A DNA stretch of 64,000 nucleotides, taken from an uncultured delta proteobacterium. Lineage in GTDB: Bacteria > Myxococcota_A > Polyangia > Polyangiales > B10-G4. Below are positions 1 through 12,455 of this stretch, in pieces. The notes under the pieces are model-generated. The model made no database searches, had not been told where the DNA came from, and was given only the letters and a program-made list of their open reading frames with translations. The stretch is from positions 1 to 64,000 of the forward strand of contig CAVSGI010000003.1 of assembly GCA_963727445.1 (NCBI GenBank), in the 5' to 3' direction. Position numbers and translations under genes: made by a program. Positions within the stretch are counted from its first letter, which is position 1; every line of letters begins with the position of its first letter.

Positions 1-144
1 CGCGGCTCGGCCGTGATCCCCCATCAGGTCGGAGCCCACGCCACCGTCGAGAGCTGCGAGCCGGGCTCGGAGCTACGCCTCTTCGCCGAGCCCATCGAAG
101 GCGACGGCGCGGCGCTGCTGCTGCGTTTCGAAAAGGCGCGCTGA
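1..144 (+). CDS. 3' end of a gene entering from the left (unknown product)
   Basis: Frame 1 is open from base 1 (RGSAVIPHQVG...LLRFEKAR) to TGA at 142-144, with GC-rich third positions. Confidence 0.5.
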   Translation, partial: RGSAVIPHQVGAHATVESCEPGSELRLFAEPIEGDGAALLLRFEKAR

Positions 145-171
145 GGTCGTCGGGGTCAGCGCCCCCGGCTA

Positions 172-1234
<1,063 letters not shown>

Positions 1235-1424
1235 CAACCGTCTCTCCATGAAAAACCCGGGCCAACCCGGAACGGTTCGTAATTCACTAATCCAAGCGCG
1301 TTCGGGGTGGCTCTGCCGCGTTCGTACGGCCACGAGGCCGAGTCGCCCCTGACACTCCGGTACTGCGTGAGGTGCTGCGTGGTCAACAAAGTGGCGCGTC
1401 GCCACCTGGGGATCGTAGTCGGGG

Positions 1425-2279
1425 TCATGCGCCGGCCCACCGTGTGATCGGACGTTCGGCATGGCCGCCCCGCGGACTCACGATCTCGACGACGATCGCT
1501 TCACCCGGCGCGACCTCGAGTGCCCGCCCCGCGGCCTCCGCGTCGAAGACGAGATTCGATCCACGCATCTCCGGCCCCGCTCAGGCACTTGACGTCGAGG
1601 CGGTTTTGCACCCCCTCCGGATACCCGAGACGACGTCTCCTTTCGTCATCCAACAAGTGGACCTCACTGACGAAATCGACGAAGCAGAGCCGCTCGGTGC
1701 CCACCAGGCCCTCCTCGCTCTGCAAGCGCTCGAAGTCGAAAGCGGCGGCGGGGGGGAGGGGGGCTCGGCGCGGGCCTCGGCAGGGAGGGTCGCCTCACCC
1801 GCGTCCCGAAGAAAGCGCGCGACGACGTAGCCGTAGCGTCCGCTGCTCGGTGCCGTGGGGGCGAGCACGACGCGGCGGCCCGCGGTGACCGCGTTCGCAT
1901 CGTCCGCTCCGTCGAAGATCACCTCGACCCAACCACCACCGGTGGTCGCCTCGCATCGAACGGTCTTTCGAAAGGTCACGTCCTCGGGATAGAGCGCGCG
2001 CTCGCGCGGCTCGATCGTTTGTCGGGCGTCGGCGAAGGCGACGTCGCAGATCCGCGGCTCTTCGCGGTGCGCCTCGGGCTCGGTCCGCACGCGGCGGAAG
2101 TCGAAGGCCGGGCCGTCGTTCGACGGGTCCGCCCTCGCTTCATCCCGCGCGGACGCCTCGTCGGACGCGACCTCCGGACGTGCGTCGTCGTCCGAAGGGC
2201 TCGGCGTGGATTCGGAGGCGCGCGTCTCCGCGCACCCGATGGCGGAGACGAGTAGCGCGCACGAGAGCGCGAGTCGCAC
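1425..2279 (-). CDS. Hypothetical lipoprotein with two tandem homologous domains (frameshifted)
   Basis: Signal/lipobox MRLALSCALLVSAIGC. After frameshifts near the G-run at about 1750 and near 1557, the reading continues FDFERLQ...DLVFDAEAAG...ITRWAGA* to TGA at 1425-1427. Confidence 0.6.
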
Positions 2280-2283
2280 GACG

Positions 2284-2562
2284 TCAGACCGTGAAGTGCT
2301 CGTCCAGGTACTCGTGCACGCGTTTGGTCACACGACCCTTCAGCGGCCTGAGTGGGAGACCGAGCTCGATCAACACGCGCACTTCGTCGTCACGCACTTC
2401 GAAGCGACCGGTGGCGCCGGTGCGCGAGAGCGCGAGGTCGTCGCCTTCCCAGCGGTAGCGCACGTCGATCCGATCCTCGAGCTCCTTGGCGATGGCCACG
2501 GCGGCCTGGCGCGCTCTATCGAGGCCGATCTGATGACGCTTCCGGATGTCGATGGTGGCCAT
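2284..2562 (-). CDS. Polyhydroxyalkanoic acid system protein (PHA_gran_rgn family)
   Basis: 92 aa MATIDIRKRHQIGLDRAR...YRWEGDDLALSRTGATGRF...LGLPLRPLKGRV matches the family pattern. Confidence 0.8.
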   Translation of the reverse strand: MATIDIRKRHQIGLDRARQAAVAIAKELEDRIDVRYRWEGDDLALSRTGATGRFEVRDDEVRVLIELGLPLRPLKGRVTKRVHEYLDEHFTV

Positions 2563-2780
2563 GAAGTCCCTCCAAACGGCCGTCATTTAGCACTCGCCAG
2601 CACGGTTTGCAGCCCGGCCGCCCCGGTGATAATGTCCGGCGCTTATCCGGGGTCCCCTCCTGGGCCCACCGAGACCTGCGGCGCGAATTTGCGTGTGTCG
2701 CCTTCAATCCAGAACGAACTCCTTCACAACCGTGTGACGAGCGTCCTCTCCCAGACGTGACGCCTCACCACGTGAGCAAC

Positions 2781-4832
2781 ATGACCTTCACCGAAGCTGC
2801 CGTGGAGGTGCTCCGCCTCGTCGGAAAGCCCCTCCACTACAAGAAGATCGCAGAGATCGCGATCGAACGAAATCTACTCAGCCACGTCGGCAAGACCCCC
2901 GAGAGCACCATGAGCTCGCGGTTGGCGACGATGGTCAAGAAGGACCGGGGCGACGCGCCGATCCTGAAAGTCAAGCCAGGTGTATTCGGCCTTCGCGAGT
3001 TCTCCGCCGAGGTGCTCGACACCGCCCTGAAGGAGTCGGGGCACGACTACGAGCTCCCCGAGATGGAGCCGGCGTCGTCCGACACCGGAGAAGAGGAAGA
3101 GAAGTTGGACAACGGGAGCGAAGAAGTGGCGAAGAAGCCTCAGAAGAAGCTGCCTGGCGCCGACGTCTTTCCGGAAGAGGACGACGACGACGAGCCCATC
3201 CTCGCGAAGCTCGACGACGAGGACGAAGACGGGGAGGGCGGCAGCGGCCGCAAGCGCCGCCGTCGCCGTCGCGGCCGGAGTCGCAAGTCGGAGGATGGTG
3301 ACGATCGCAGTCGCGGGCGTGACCGGGACCGCGGTGGCGACCGGGACCGCGGTGGCGACCGAGACCGCGGTGGCGACCGAGACCGCGGTGGCGACCGAGA
3401 CCGCGGTGGCGACCGGGACCGCGGCGGGCGCCGTGGGCGCGACCGGGATCGCGGTGGCGACCGGGATCGCGACAAGAGGGACCGGGATCGCGATAGGGAT
3501 CGCGACAGGGATCGCAGCGGACGCCGCGGGCGCTCACGCGACCGTGGGCGTCGGCGTGAAGAGCCGCGCCTCGAGGGCGATTGGCATCGCGAGAGCGCGG
3601 CAGGCGATCAACTCGGCAACGAGCTCGCCGACAAGGTGTACGACACGCTCGACTCCGGCCGCGGAACACGGCCGCGCAGCTTCGCCAGCGTCGCCGAGCG
3701 ACTCGTTCGCGACAAGACGCTCAGCGGCAAGCCCGATGCGCTCGTTCCGACCATCGCGGCCGCGGTGCGGAGCGACAACGCGCGCCGCGTCGGCGAAGGG
3801 GATCGGCCACGCTTCAGCGTGGAAGGTCGCCACGTCGGGCTGGTCGAGTGGGCGCTGCCGCGCGAGGCCTCGCGCGTGGAGCGCGACGCCGTGCGCTCGG
3901 CGGCGAAGCAGCGCGACATGGCGCGGCGCACCTTCCTGCGCCGCATCGGCGAGCTCCCGGCGGCCGGCCTCGTGGAGCTTCTCGCCACCTGGCTGAATGC
4001 GGAAGGCGTGAGCTCTCTGCGCGCGGTGCGCAGGCCCGGCGGAAGCCGTGCCATGCACCTGGCTGGGACGCTCCGGCGCAGCTACGAGCGCACCAAGCTC
4101 GCGATCGTGGTCCTCGAGGGCGGCACCGACGTCGGCCGCGAGGCGATCATCGAAGCCCGCGGCGCCCTTCATCATTACGACGACGCTCAGGCCATCTGGA
4201 TCGTGACCACGGGCCAGGTTCTCTCCGGTGCCCGGGAAGAGCTCGACGCGGTGGGCGCGGCGCCGGTCGCGCTCTACGATGGGATGGCGCTCGCACGCTC
4301 GATGGAGCGGGCAGGGGTCGGCCTCGTTCGTTACGCGGTCCCGATGACCTACCTCGACGCCAATCTCTTCGAGACGTTGGGGATCAGTGTCGGTCCGGCG
4401 CCAATGGACGCGGAAGAGGAGCGGGCGGAAGCCGCCGAGGAGGACACCTCGGACGACGACAACGGCTCGGACGACGACAACGGCTCGGACGACGACAACG
4501 GCTCGGACGACGACGACGGCTCGGACGACGACGACGGCTCGGACGACGACGACGGCTCGGACGACGACGACGACTCGGACGACGACGACGACTCGGACGA
4601 CGACGACTCGGACGACGACGACTCGGACGACGACGACTCGGACGACGACGACTCGGACGACGACGACTCGGACGACGACGACTCGGACGACGACGACTCG
4701 GATGACGACGAGTCGGATGACGACGAGTCGGATGACGACGAGTCGGATGACGATGAGTCGGATGACGATGAGGCCGAGCTCGCCGACGACGGCGCGGATG
4801 ACGACGAAGACGACGAGGACGACGAGGACTGA
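2781..4832 (+). CDS. HARE-HTH (HB1/ASXL-type) protein with RD-rich linker, second winged HTH, degenerate Mrr-like nuclease domain and poly-Asp tail
   Basis: N-terminus MTFTEAAVEVLRLVGKPLHYKKIAEIAIERNLL...TPESTMSSRL...PGVFGLREF; Mrr_cat-like IWIVTTGQVLSGAREE...VALYDGMALARSMERAGVGL; long acidic C-terminus. Confidence 0.8.
   Translation: MTFTEAAVEVLRLVGKPLHYKKIAEIAIERNLLSHVGKTPESTMSSRLATMVKKDRGDAPILKVKPGVFGLREFSAEVLDTALKESGHDYELPEMEPASSDTGEEEEKLDNGSEEVAKKPQKKLPGADVFPEEDDDDEPILAKLDDEDEDGEGGSGRKRRRRRRGRSRKSEDGDDRSRGRDRDRGGDRDRGGDRDRGGDRDRGGDRDRGGDRDRGGRRGRDRDRGGDRDRDKRDRDRDRDRDRDRSGRRGRSRDRGRRREEPRLEGDWHRESAAGDQLGNELADKVYDTLDSGRGTRPRSFASVAERLVRDKTLSGKPDALVPTIAAAVRSDNARRVGEGDRPRFSVEGRHVGLVEWALPREASRVERDAVRSAAKQRDMARRTFLRRIGELPAAGLVELLATWLNAEGVSSLRAVRRPGGSRAMHLAGTLRRSYERTKLAIVVLEGGTDVGREAIIEARGALHHYDDAQAIWIVTTGQVLSGAREELDAVGAAPVALYDGMALARSMERAGVGLVRYAVPMTYLDANLFETLGISVGPAPMDAEEERAEAAEEDTSDDDNGSDDDNGSDDDNGSDDDDGSDDDDGSDDDDGSDDDDDSDDDDDSDDDDSDDDDSDDDDSDDDDSDDDDSDDDDSDDDDSDDDESDDDESDDDESDDDESDDDEAELADDGADDDEDDEDDED
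3320..3510 (+). repeat. In-frame 18-bp tandem repeat encoding (DRGGDR)n
   Basis: Repeated gaccgcggtggcgaccg(g/a) units. Confidence 0.9.
4449..4770 (+). repeat. In-frame 15/18-bp tandem repeats encoding SDDDNG / SDDDD / SDDDE
   Basis: Repeated tcggacgacgac... units, about 20 copies. Confidence 0.9.
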
Positions 4833-4853
4833 GTCGCTGCCGCGGGAGCACCC

Positions 4854-5573
4854 ATGAGCAGAATGTCGATGACCACACGCATCGCTTTTCTCGGCACCTT
4901 GATCGCCGCGGTGGCGCTCCTCGCACCGGCCAGCGCTCAGCCACCGAGAGACGACGCCGCCGTCACCACCGGCGCGACGCCCGAGGGGGCGAACGCTCAG
5001 GCGGACGGCGACGGCGAAGAGGTCGAAGAGATCGCCATGCGGCTCGGTCGCGCCCTGTCGCGGCGCCTGACGGTGTGGGTCCGCCCGAGCGGCGCCGTCA
5101 CCTACGTCTCCCATTGCCGGCACGCCGCGGGGGGCTGCGCCGCACGGGTCGCGGCGTTCTCCCGGTACATGGCGGAAGTCAGCCACGACAAGGGCCTCGA
5201 CCCCTTCGTCCTGGCTGCGATGGCGATTCGCGAGTCGGGCCTCGACCCTTTCGTGCGGGGTGCCGCGGGTGAGTACGGCATCGTCCAACTCCACCCGCGC
5301 GGCATCGGTGGACACGTCCGCTTCGTCCAGAGCGAGGCGTACCGCAACCGCTGCCGACGTCGCCCGGGGGCCTGCCAGCGCGAGGTCCTCGAGGTCGGCG
5401 CCACGCACCTGCAACAGGCCATCGACTACTGCGGCTCCCTCACCTCAGCCCTCGGCCGCTACAACCGCGGCATCTGCGGCGAGACCGCCTACACCCGCCG
5501 CGTCATGCGCGAGCACGCCCGCCTCCTCGACCTCGTCAAGACGCCGACCGAAGCACACACGCACGACGGCTGA
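4854..5573 (+). CDS. Secreted lytic transglycosylase (SLT domain)
   Basis: Signal peptide; DPFVLAAMAIRESGLDP...GEYGIVQL (catalytic ES and GxxQ) and ALGRYN motifs. Confidence 0.85.
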   Translation: MSRMSMTTRIAFLGTLIAAVALLAPASAQPPRDDAAVTTGATPEGANAQADGDGEEVEEIAMRLGRALSRRLTVWVRPSGAVTYVSHCRHAAGGCAARVAAFSRYMAEVSHDKGLDPFVLAAMAIRESGLDPFVRGAAGEYGIVQLHPRGIGGHVRFVQSEAYRNRCRRRPGACQREVLEVGATHLQQAIDYCGSLTSALGRYNRGICGETAYTRRVMREHARLLDLVKTPTEAHTHDG

Positions 5574-5582
5574 GCCGGATCG

Positions 5583-5678
5583 GGGGACGCTAGATTGACA
5601 ATTGACTTTCGCGGAGCCGGCTTCCGAGAAGTCAGGCGTTCGCGTGAGCGAAAGTCAATTGTCGATGCTAGCGTCCCC
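5583..5678. repeat. 96-bp element with ~30-bp imperfect terminal inverted repeats (MITE-like or bidirectional terminator)
   Basis: Left arm ggggacgctag-attgacaattgactttcgc; reverse complement of right arm ggggacgctagcatcgacaattgactttcgc; lies between convergent genes. Confidence 0.75.
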
Positions 5679-5683
5679 AAGAC

Positions 5684-7346
<1,663 letters not shown>

Positions 7347-7348
7347 GA

Positions 7349-8806
7349 TCAGGATCGCGAGGGGCTCTTCTTGGCCGCGATGAGCCTTCGGAAGGCGTCC
7401 GCTGTCGCCCGGGCGACGACCTCGGCGCGCTCCAGCAGCACCACCGCGTCGGCGACCGGCTCGTCCAGGGCCAAGACGGCAACCGCCTTCCCGCTTAGCA
7501 CGACCGGCATCAGAAGCACATCACCCCCGCGGCTCCCGAGCGCCGCCCGAAAGACCGCGTCCGCCGAGCTTCCCCCATGGGGTCCGAGGTACGGTTCGGA
7601 GGTCTCGAGCACGCGCGACAAGAGCGAGCGGCTGGTCGAGGGGATCCAGAGGTTGAGCACCGCATCACGGGGAAGGTCGCCCCCCACCACCTCGCGGCCC
7701 TTCAGGATGCCCCTGGACAGGACCAGGAGCAGGGCGCAGCGCCCGAGCGGAGCGAGCCCCCGGCAGGCATGGCGGATCACCTCCTCCCGGGTCTTGGCCG
7801 CCCGGATGGTCGCGAGGATGGCGGAGAGGTCTCCGGCTTCGCGGGGCGCCTGCTCCCAGCTCAGGATTTCGCGACCGGAGCTGGGCAGGCGCCCGGGCAG
7901 GATGCTGTGGGCTCGGGCCGCGCGCCGCGCGATGCCTTCCATCGGCGACGAGTCCGACAGGTCCCCCCAGCCGCCGCCTTCGCTCGGCGTGACGCTCTGG
8001 CGCAGGACGGCGCTCACGGATTCGAGCGTGTCCCGCCCGACGTCCTGTGGGTCCGGGCGCAGCTCGTCCACCAAAGTGTCACGCGATGGAGCCCCGGCGG
8101 CGGGGCGCTCGAAGTCCGCCGTGTCGCGTGGCGCGTCGTCCGCGTAGTCGCGCGGGAGCTCGAAGTCCGCCGTGTCGCGGCGGCGCCGTCCCTCCGATTC
8201 GGCTTGAATCGGAAACCCGCTCGCGCGTTTGCCGGCGGCGTTCGTCAGCGGCACCACCGAGTCGAAGCTGTCCTGGATGGCCGCGCTCCCGTGGGTGTCT
8301 CGTCGGCGCACGAGGGAGATGGGCGCTGCTTCCGGATTGTTGCGTCGCTCCTTCGCCGCCGCCCACTCCTGGGGAAAGCGCGAGTCGAGGGCGTCGGTCA
8401 AGGCCTTCACCGGCGCCACCACCGGCAGGATGGCCACCCCCGTCTTCTGCCGCAGCTCGCGAACGGCGTGCACGTCCGAGGGATCGGCCATCGCCACGTG
8501 AAGGCCCGAGGCGCTCTTCCTCAGCGGCAGGGCGAGCATGTCGACCGCGAGCTGGGGCGGCACGCGGTCGTCGCCCTCGGCCTCGGCGAGCTCGCGCGGC
8601 TGAACCACCGGCCCGAACCCATCGGCCACGAAGAAGCCGAGGAGCGCTTCCTCTTCGATGCCGCGGCGCACCAGCTCCACCGCCAGGGCTCCGCCATGCG
8701 CCGGCACCGACGAAAGCGCGAGCCCCAGCTCTTGTCGTGTGACGAGGCCCGCCGCCAAGAGCCGCGCTCCCAAGTCGGCGTTCATCCCCACCGGTGTACC
8801 GAGCAC
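7349..8806 (-). CDS. GspE/PilB N-terminal (MshEN-like) domain protein with C-terminal GAF-like region, no ATPase
   Basis: [21 protein letters not shown]...; [28 protein letters not shown]; no Walker A motif. Confidence 0.7.
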   Translation of the reverse strand: MLGTPVGMNADLGARLLAAGLVTRQELGLALSSVPAHGGALAVELVRRGIEEEALLGFFVADGFGPVVQPRELAEAEGDDRVPPQLAVDMLALPLRKSASGLHVAMADPSDVHAVRELRQKTGVAILPVVAPVKALTDALDSRFPQEWAAAKERRNNPEAAPISLVRRRDTHGSAAIQDSFDSVVPLTNAAGKRASGFPIQAESEGRRRRDTADFELPRDYADDAPRDTADFERPAAGAPSRDTLVDELRPDPQDVGRDTLESVSAVLRQSVTPSEGGGWGDLSDSSPMEGIARRAARAHSILPGRLPSSGREILSWEQAPREAGDLSAILATIRAAKTREEVIRHACRGLAPLGRCALLLVLSRGILKGREVVGGDLPRDAVLNLWIPSTSRSLLSRVLETSEPYLGPHGGSSADAVFRAALGSRGGDVLLMPVVLSGKAVAVLALDEPVADAVVLLERAEVVARATADAFRRLIAAKKSPSRS

Positions 8807-8870
8807 GGCGGCAGACGGTCAAGACAGCACGCCCCGGCCCGGTTTCGCCCCGTATACTGGCCCGGCTCGG

Positions 8871-10097
8871 ATGGCCCGAATCCTCCACATCGAAGACGAC
8901 CCGAAGAACCGGCTGCTGGTTCGCAAGCTCCTGTCCTCGAAGGGGCACGAGGTGGTGGACGCCGAGACGGGGCTCGAGGGGATCCGCCGGGCGACCGCCG
9001 ACGGCCCCGACCTGGTGCTGGTCGACATCAACATCCCCGACCTCGACGGCTACGAGGTCATCCTCCGTCTGCGCGGCATCCCCTCCCTCGATGGCGTGCC
9101 CATCGTCGCGATCACCGCCGAGGGGGATCGGGAGACGAGCCTCGCCGTGGGCGCCGACGGATTCATCGGCAAGCCCATCGACGCCCGCGCGTTTCCCAAG
9201 CAGCTCGCGAGCTTTCTCTCCGGTCATCGCGAGCGCAACGAGGGCTCCGGCGAGGCGCACCTTCGCAGTCGCTCGCAGAAGATCGTGGAGCGTCTCGAGC
9301 GCAAGGTCGTCGAGCTCAGTGAGGCGAACCGCCGTCTCGAAGAGATGGCGCGCCTGCGCAAGGAGTTCCTCCGCAACGTGAGCCACGAGCTGGCGACACC
9401 GATGACGCCCGTGGTCGGATACGTGCGACTGCTCCTGGCCGAGGAGCTCGGTCCCCTCTCGCCGCTACAGCGCAAGACCCTGGAGAGCGTGCAGACGTCC
9501 ACGCAGCGGCTCCGCGACGTCGTCGATACCCTCCTCGACGTGAGCTCCCTCGACTCGGGGCGCATGCACTTCTACGAACGCGACTACGACTTCGAGCAGT
9601 GCGTGGAACAGGCCATCGCCGATTCGGGGCCCATGCTCGAGGAGCATGGCATCCACATCGTCCGCGACCCGCCCCGCGGCGGGCTCGAAGCCACAGGCGA
9701 TCCCGACAAGCTCAAGCGCGCCATCATCCACCTCATCGACAACGCCGTGAAGTTCGGCGCCCCCGGCAGCGAGGTGGGCATCGGCGTGCGCAGCCGCGGC
9801 GCCTACCTCGAGCTGCTCGTGGCCGACGAGGGGCCGGGGGTGGCGAGCGATCAGCTCGAGAAGGTGCTCGAGCCCTTCTATCAGGTGGACGGCTCGGTAA
9901 CGCGCAGCCACGGCGGGGTGGGGCTGGGGCTCGCCTACGCCCGCCATGTCGCGGCGACGCTCGGTGGGGGCGTGACTGTGGAGAGCCCACCCTCCGAAGC
10001 GGTCGCCGGCCGGCGCTTCGGCGGGACGCTGGTTCGATTGACCGTCGCCAAGACGCCACCACCCCCACTCACCGCCGGGACAGCTCCCGGTCGTTGA
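8871..10097 (+). CDS. Hybrid response regulator / histidine kinase
   Basis: Receiver domain ILHIEDD...DLVLVDINIP...KP; H-box FLRNVSHELATP; N/G boxes LIDNAVKF, DEGPG, GGVGLGL. Confidence 0.93.
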   Translation: MARILHIEDDPKNRLLVRKLLSSKGHEVVDAETGLEGIRRATADGPDLVLVDINIPDLDGYEVILRLRGIPSLDGVPIVAITAEGDRETSLAVGADGFIGKPIDARAFPKQLASFLSGHRERNEGSGEAHLRSRSQKIVERLERKVVELSEANRRLEEMARLRKEFLRNVSHELATPMTPVVGYVRLLLAEELGPLSPLQRKTLESVQTSTQRLRDVVDTLLDVSSLDSGRMHFYERDYDFEQCVEQAIADSGPMLEEHGIHIVRDPPRGGLEATGDPDKLKRAIIHLIDNAVKFGAPGSEVGIGVRSRGAYLELLVADEGPGVASDQLEKVLEPFYQVDGSVTRSHGGVGLGLAYARHVAATLGGGVTVESPPSEAVAGRRFGGTLVRLTVAKTPPPPLTAGTAPGR

Positions 10098-10100
10098 GCC

Positions 10101-11197
10101 TTGATCTACCTCGACCATCACGCGGCGACGCCGCACTGCGAGGCCGCACGCACCGCGATGCGGGAAGCGGAGGAAGCGGCGTGGGCCAACCCTTCGAGCG
10201 TCCACCGCGCAGGCCGGCGCGCGCGGGCGGTGCTGGAGCGCGCCCGTGAGCAGGTGGCCGCGGCGGTGGGGGCGAAGCCCGCCGACCTCGTCTTCACCAG
10301 CGGGGGCACCGAGGCGGTCAACCTCGCCCTCCGCGGGCTCGCGCGCTCGAATCCGGCGGGTCGTGCGCACGAGCCTCTCTCACCCGGCCTTGATCGCGTC
10401 GGCGGAATCTCTGGGGGTGGAGTGTTCACGCTCTCACAGCGGTGGGGGGCATGCCGCCGCCGGACGACGCGCTCGCGGGGCTCCTCGGGCCGGGCACGCT
10501 CCTCGCGGTCTCCTGGGTCGACCACGAGACGGGCACGCTCTTGCCCGTCGAACGATGGGCGGCGCTCTGCAAGGCATCCGGAGCGCAGATGGTGGTCGAC
10601 GCCTGTCAGGCGTTGGGGAAGGTGCCTATCGCGCTCGATTCGCTCGAGGTCGATGCGGTCGCCTTCGCGGCCACCAAGATCGGTGGGCCGGCCGGGGCGG
10701 GCGCGGTGGTCCTGAAGCGGGGTATCGATCTCGATTCGCTACTGCTGGGTGGGGGCCAGGAGCGTGGACGCCGTGCGGGGGCGCCCGACGTGACGGCGGC
10801 CGCAGGCTTTGGTGGCGCCTGCGCCGCGCTCGCCGCCCGCCTCGCGGCGCAGCCAGCGATCGGGCGCCATCGCGACCGACTCGAAGCGCACCTCATCGCG
10901 CTCGGCGGCGTGGTCAACGGAGCGGAGAGCGCGCGCGTGAAGACCGTCACCAACGCGAGCTTCGAAGGACAGCGCGGTCAGGAGCTCGTGGCCGCCCTCG
11001 ACGTCGAGGGGGTCTGCGCGGCGAGTGGAGCGGCCTGCTCCTCCGGCGTGAGCGAAGCGTCACCCGTCGTTCGCGCCATGTACCCCGACGCGGAGTGGCG
11101 CGCCCGCGCCGCGCTTCGCCTCAGCCTCGGCCCCGAGACGACCGACGCCGACGTCGCGTCGGCGATGGAGGCGCTGAGCGTGGTCCTGAGCCGTTAG
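10101..11197 (+). CDS. iscS: Cysteine desulfurase (IscS/NifS type), frameshifted
   Basis: IYLDHHAATP, ANPSSVH, FTSGGTEA; VDACQALGK, ATKIGGP, GGGQERGRRAG, ASGAACSSG. Confidence 0.88.
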
Positions 11198-11387
11198 AAG
11201 TTTTCGAGGTTTGGTGGCGACAACGTCAGCGCCTTCGATCTTCCGATCGGAACCCTGCGAGATCCGATCACTTTCGATCCCCAACCGACCTTCGCCCGAC
11301 AATTCCATTCGAGAGAAACGGGACTGAACGCGCGTAGAGTCGCGCGCGGGTTGACTCGCGGCCTTTGGAGCCGCATCGAGAGCCGCG

Positions 11388-12455
11388 ATGACCCGAACCG
11401 AGCGCGTGCTTGTCGCGATGAGCGGAGGCGTGGACAGCTCCGTCGCCGCGGCGCTCCTCGTCGAGCAGGGTCTCGAGGTCATCGGGGTCACCATGCACCT
11501 CTGGGATGCGAAGGGTGAATCTCAGGTCGGTCGCTGCTGCGCGCCGGAGGACCGCGACGACGCTCGCCGCGTGGCGGAGCACCTCGACATTCCGCACTAC
11601 GTGATCGACGAGCGGGAGTCCTTCCGAGCGAACGTGGTGGAACCCTTCCTCGATGCGTATGCGGCGGGCGAGACGCCGAGCCCCTGCGTCCACTGCAACC
11701 GCACGGTCAAGCTGGGCTTCCTCACGGGCCTCGCGGACCGCTTCGGCGCGGCGCGGGTGGCGACCGGGCACTACGCGCGCCTCGAGCCGAAGCCGTCGGG
11801 GGGCGTCCGGCTCCTTCGCGGCAGAGATGTCGCCAAGGATCAGAGCTACTTCCTCTTCGGCGTGCCGGAGCAGGTGCTCACGCGCCTCTGCTTTCCACTC
11901 GGCGATCTGATCAAGGACGAGGCGCGGGCCCACGCGCGCCGCCTCGGCCTACCCAACGCGGACAAGCCCGACTCTCAGGAGCTCTGCTTCGTTCCAGACG
12001 GCGACGTCCGCGGTTTCGCTGCCCGAGAGCGCGGCGAGACCCACGGGGGCGCCATCGTGTCCGAGGAAGGCGAGCGCCTGGGTACCCACGAGGGCATCGA
12101 GGCCTTCACCGTGGGCCAGCGCCGTGGGCTCGGGCTCGGCGGTGGACCCACCCGCTACGTACTTCGTATCGTTCCCGATAACGCCTCGGTGGTGGTCGGA
12201 GGCGAGGAGGGTCTCCTCGGCGACTCCCTCGACGCGGTGGACGCGGCCTGGCCGGGCGGACGACCGAGCCATCCCTTCCGCGGTCGGGTGCGCATTCGCT
12301 ACCGCCACGAGCCCGCGGAGGCCGAGATCACCCCTACGGACGACGGATTTCGCGTGCGATTCTCCGAGCCACAGCGCGCAATTACCCCAGGGCAGGCCAC
12401 GGTAGTATACCGAGAGGACGAGGTCGTGGCTGGTGGGTTCATCGTCAGGAGTTGA
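11388..12455 (+). CDS. mnmA: tRNA-specific 2-thiouridylase
   Basis: VAMSGGVDSSV, TPSPCVHCN, ATGHYA, KDQSYFL, DSQELCF, FTVGQRRGLG, AITPGQ. Confidence 0.96.
   Translation: MTRTERVLVAMSGGVDSSVAAALLVEQGLEVIGVTMHLWDAKGESQVGRCCAPEDRDDARRVAEHLDIPHYVIDERESFRANVVEPFLDAYAAGETPSPCVHCNRTVKLGFLTGLADRFGAARVATGHYARLEPKPSGGVRLLRGRDVAKDQSYFLFGVPEQVLTRLCFPLGDLIKDEARAHARRLGLPNADKPDSQELCFVPDGDVRGFAARERGETHGGAIVSEEGERLGTHEGIEAFTVGQRRGLGLGGGPTRYVLRIVPDNASVVVGGEEGLLGDSLDAVDAAWPGGRPSHPFRGRVRIRYRHEPAEAEITPTDDGFRVRFSEPQRAITPGQATVVYREDEVVAGGFIVRS

Noticed and set aside
3534..5414. Long antisense or alternative-frame ORFs (also 6270-8147, the upstream part of 38322-41366, 45759-47426, 62111-63985)
   Set aside because: Shadow ORFs from high GC and repeat-coding genes on the opposite strand; no recognisable motifs.
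11198..11387. 190-bp gap between iscS and mnmA with five clustered GATC sites
   Set aside because: No recognisable RNA family or ORF, and GATC is common in this genome; probably an internal promoter region.
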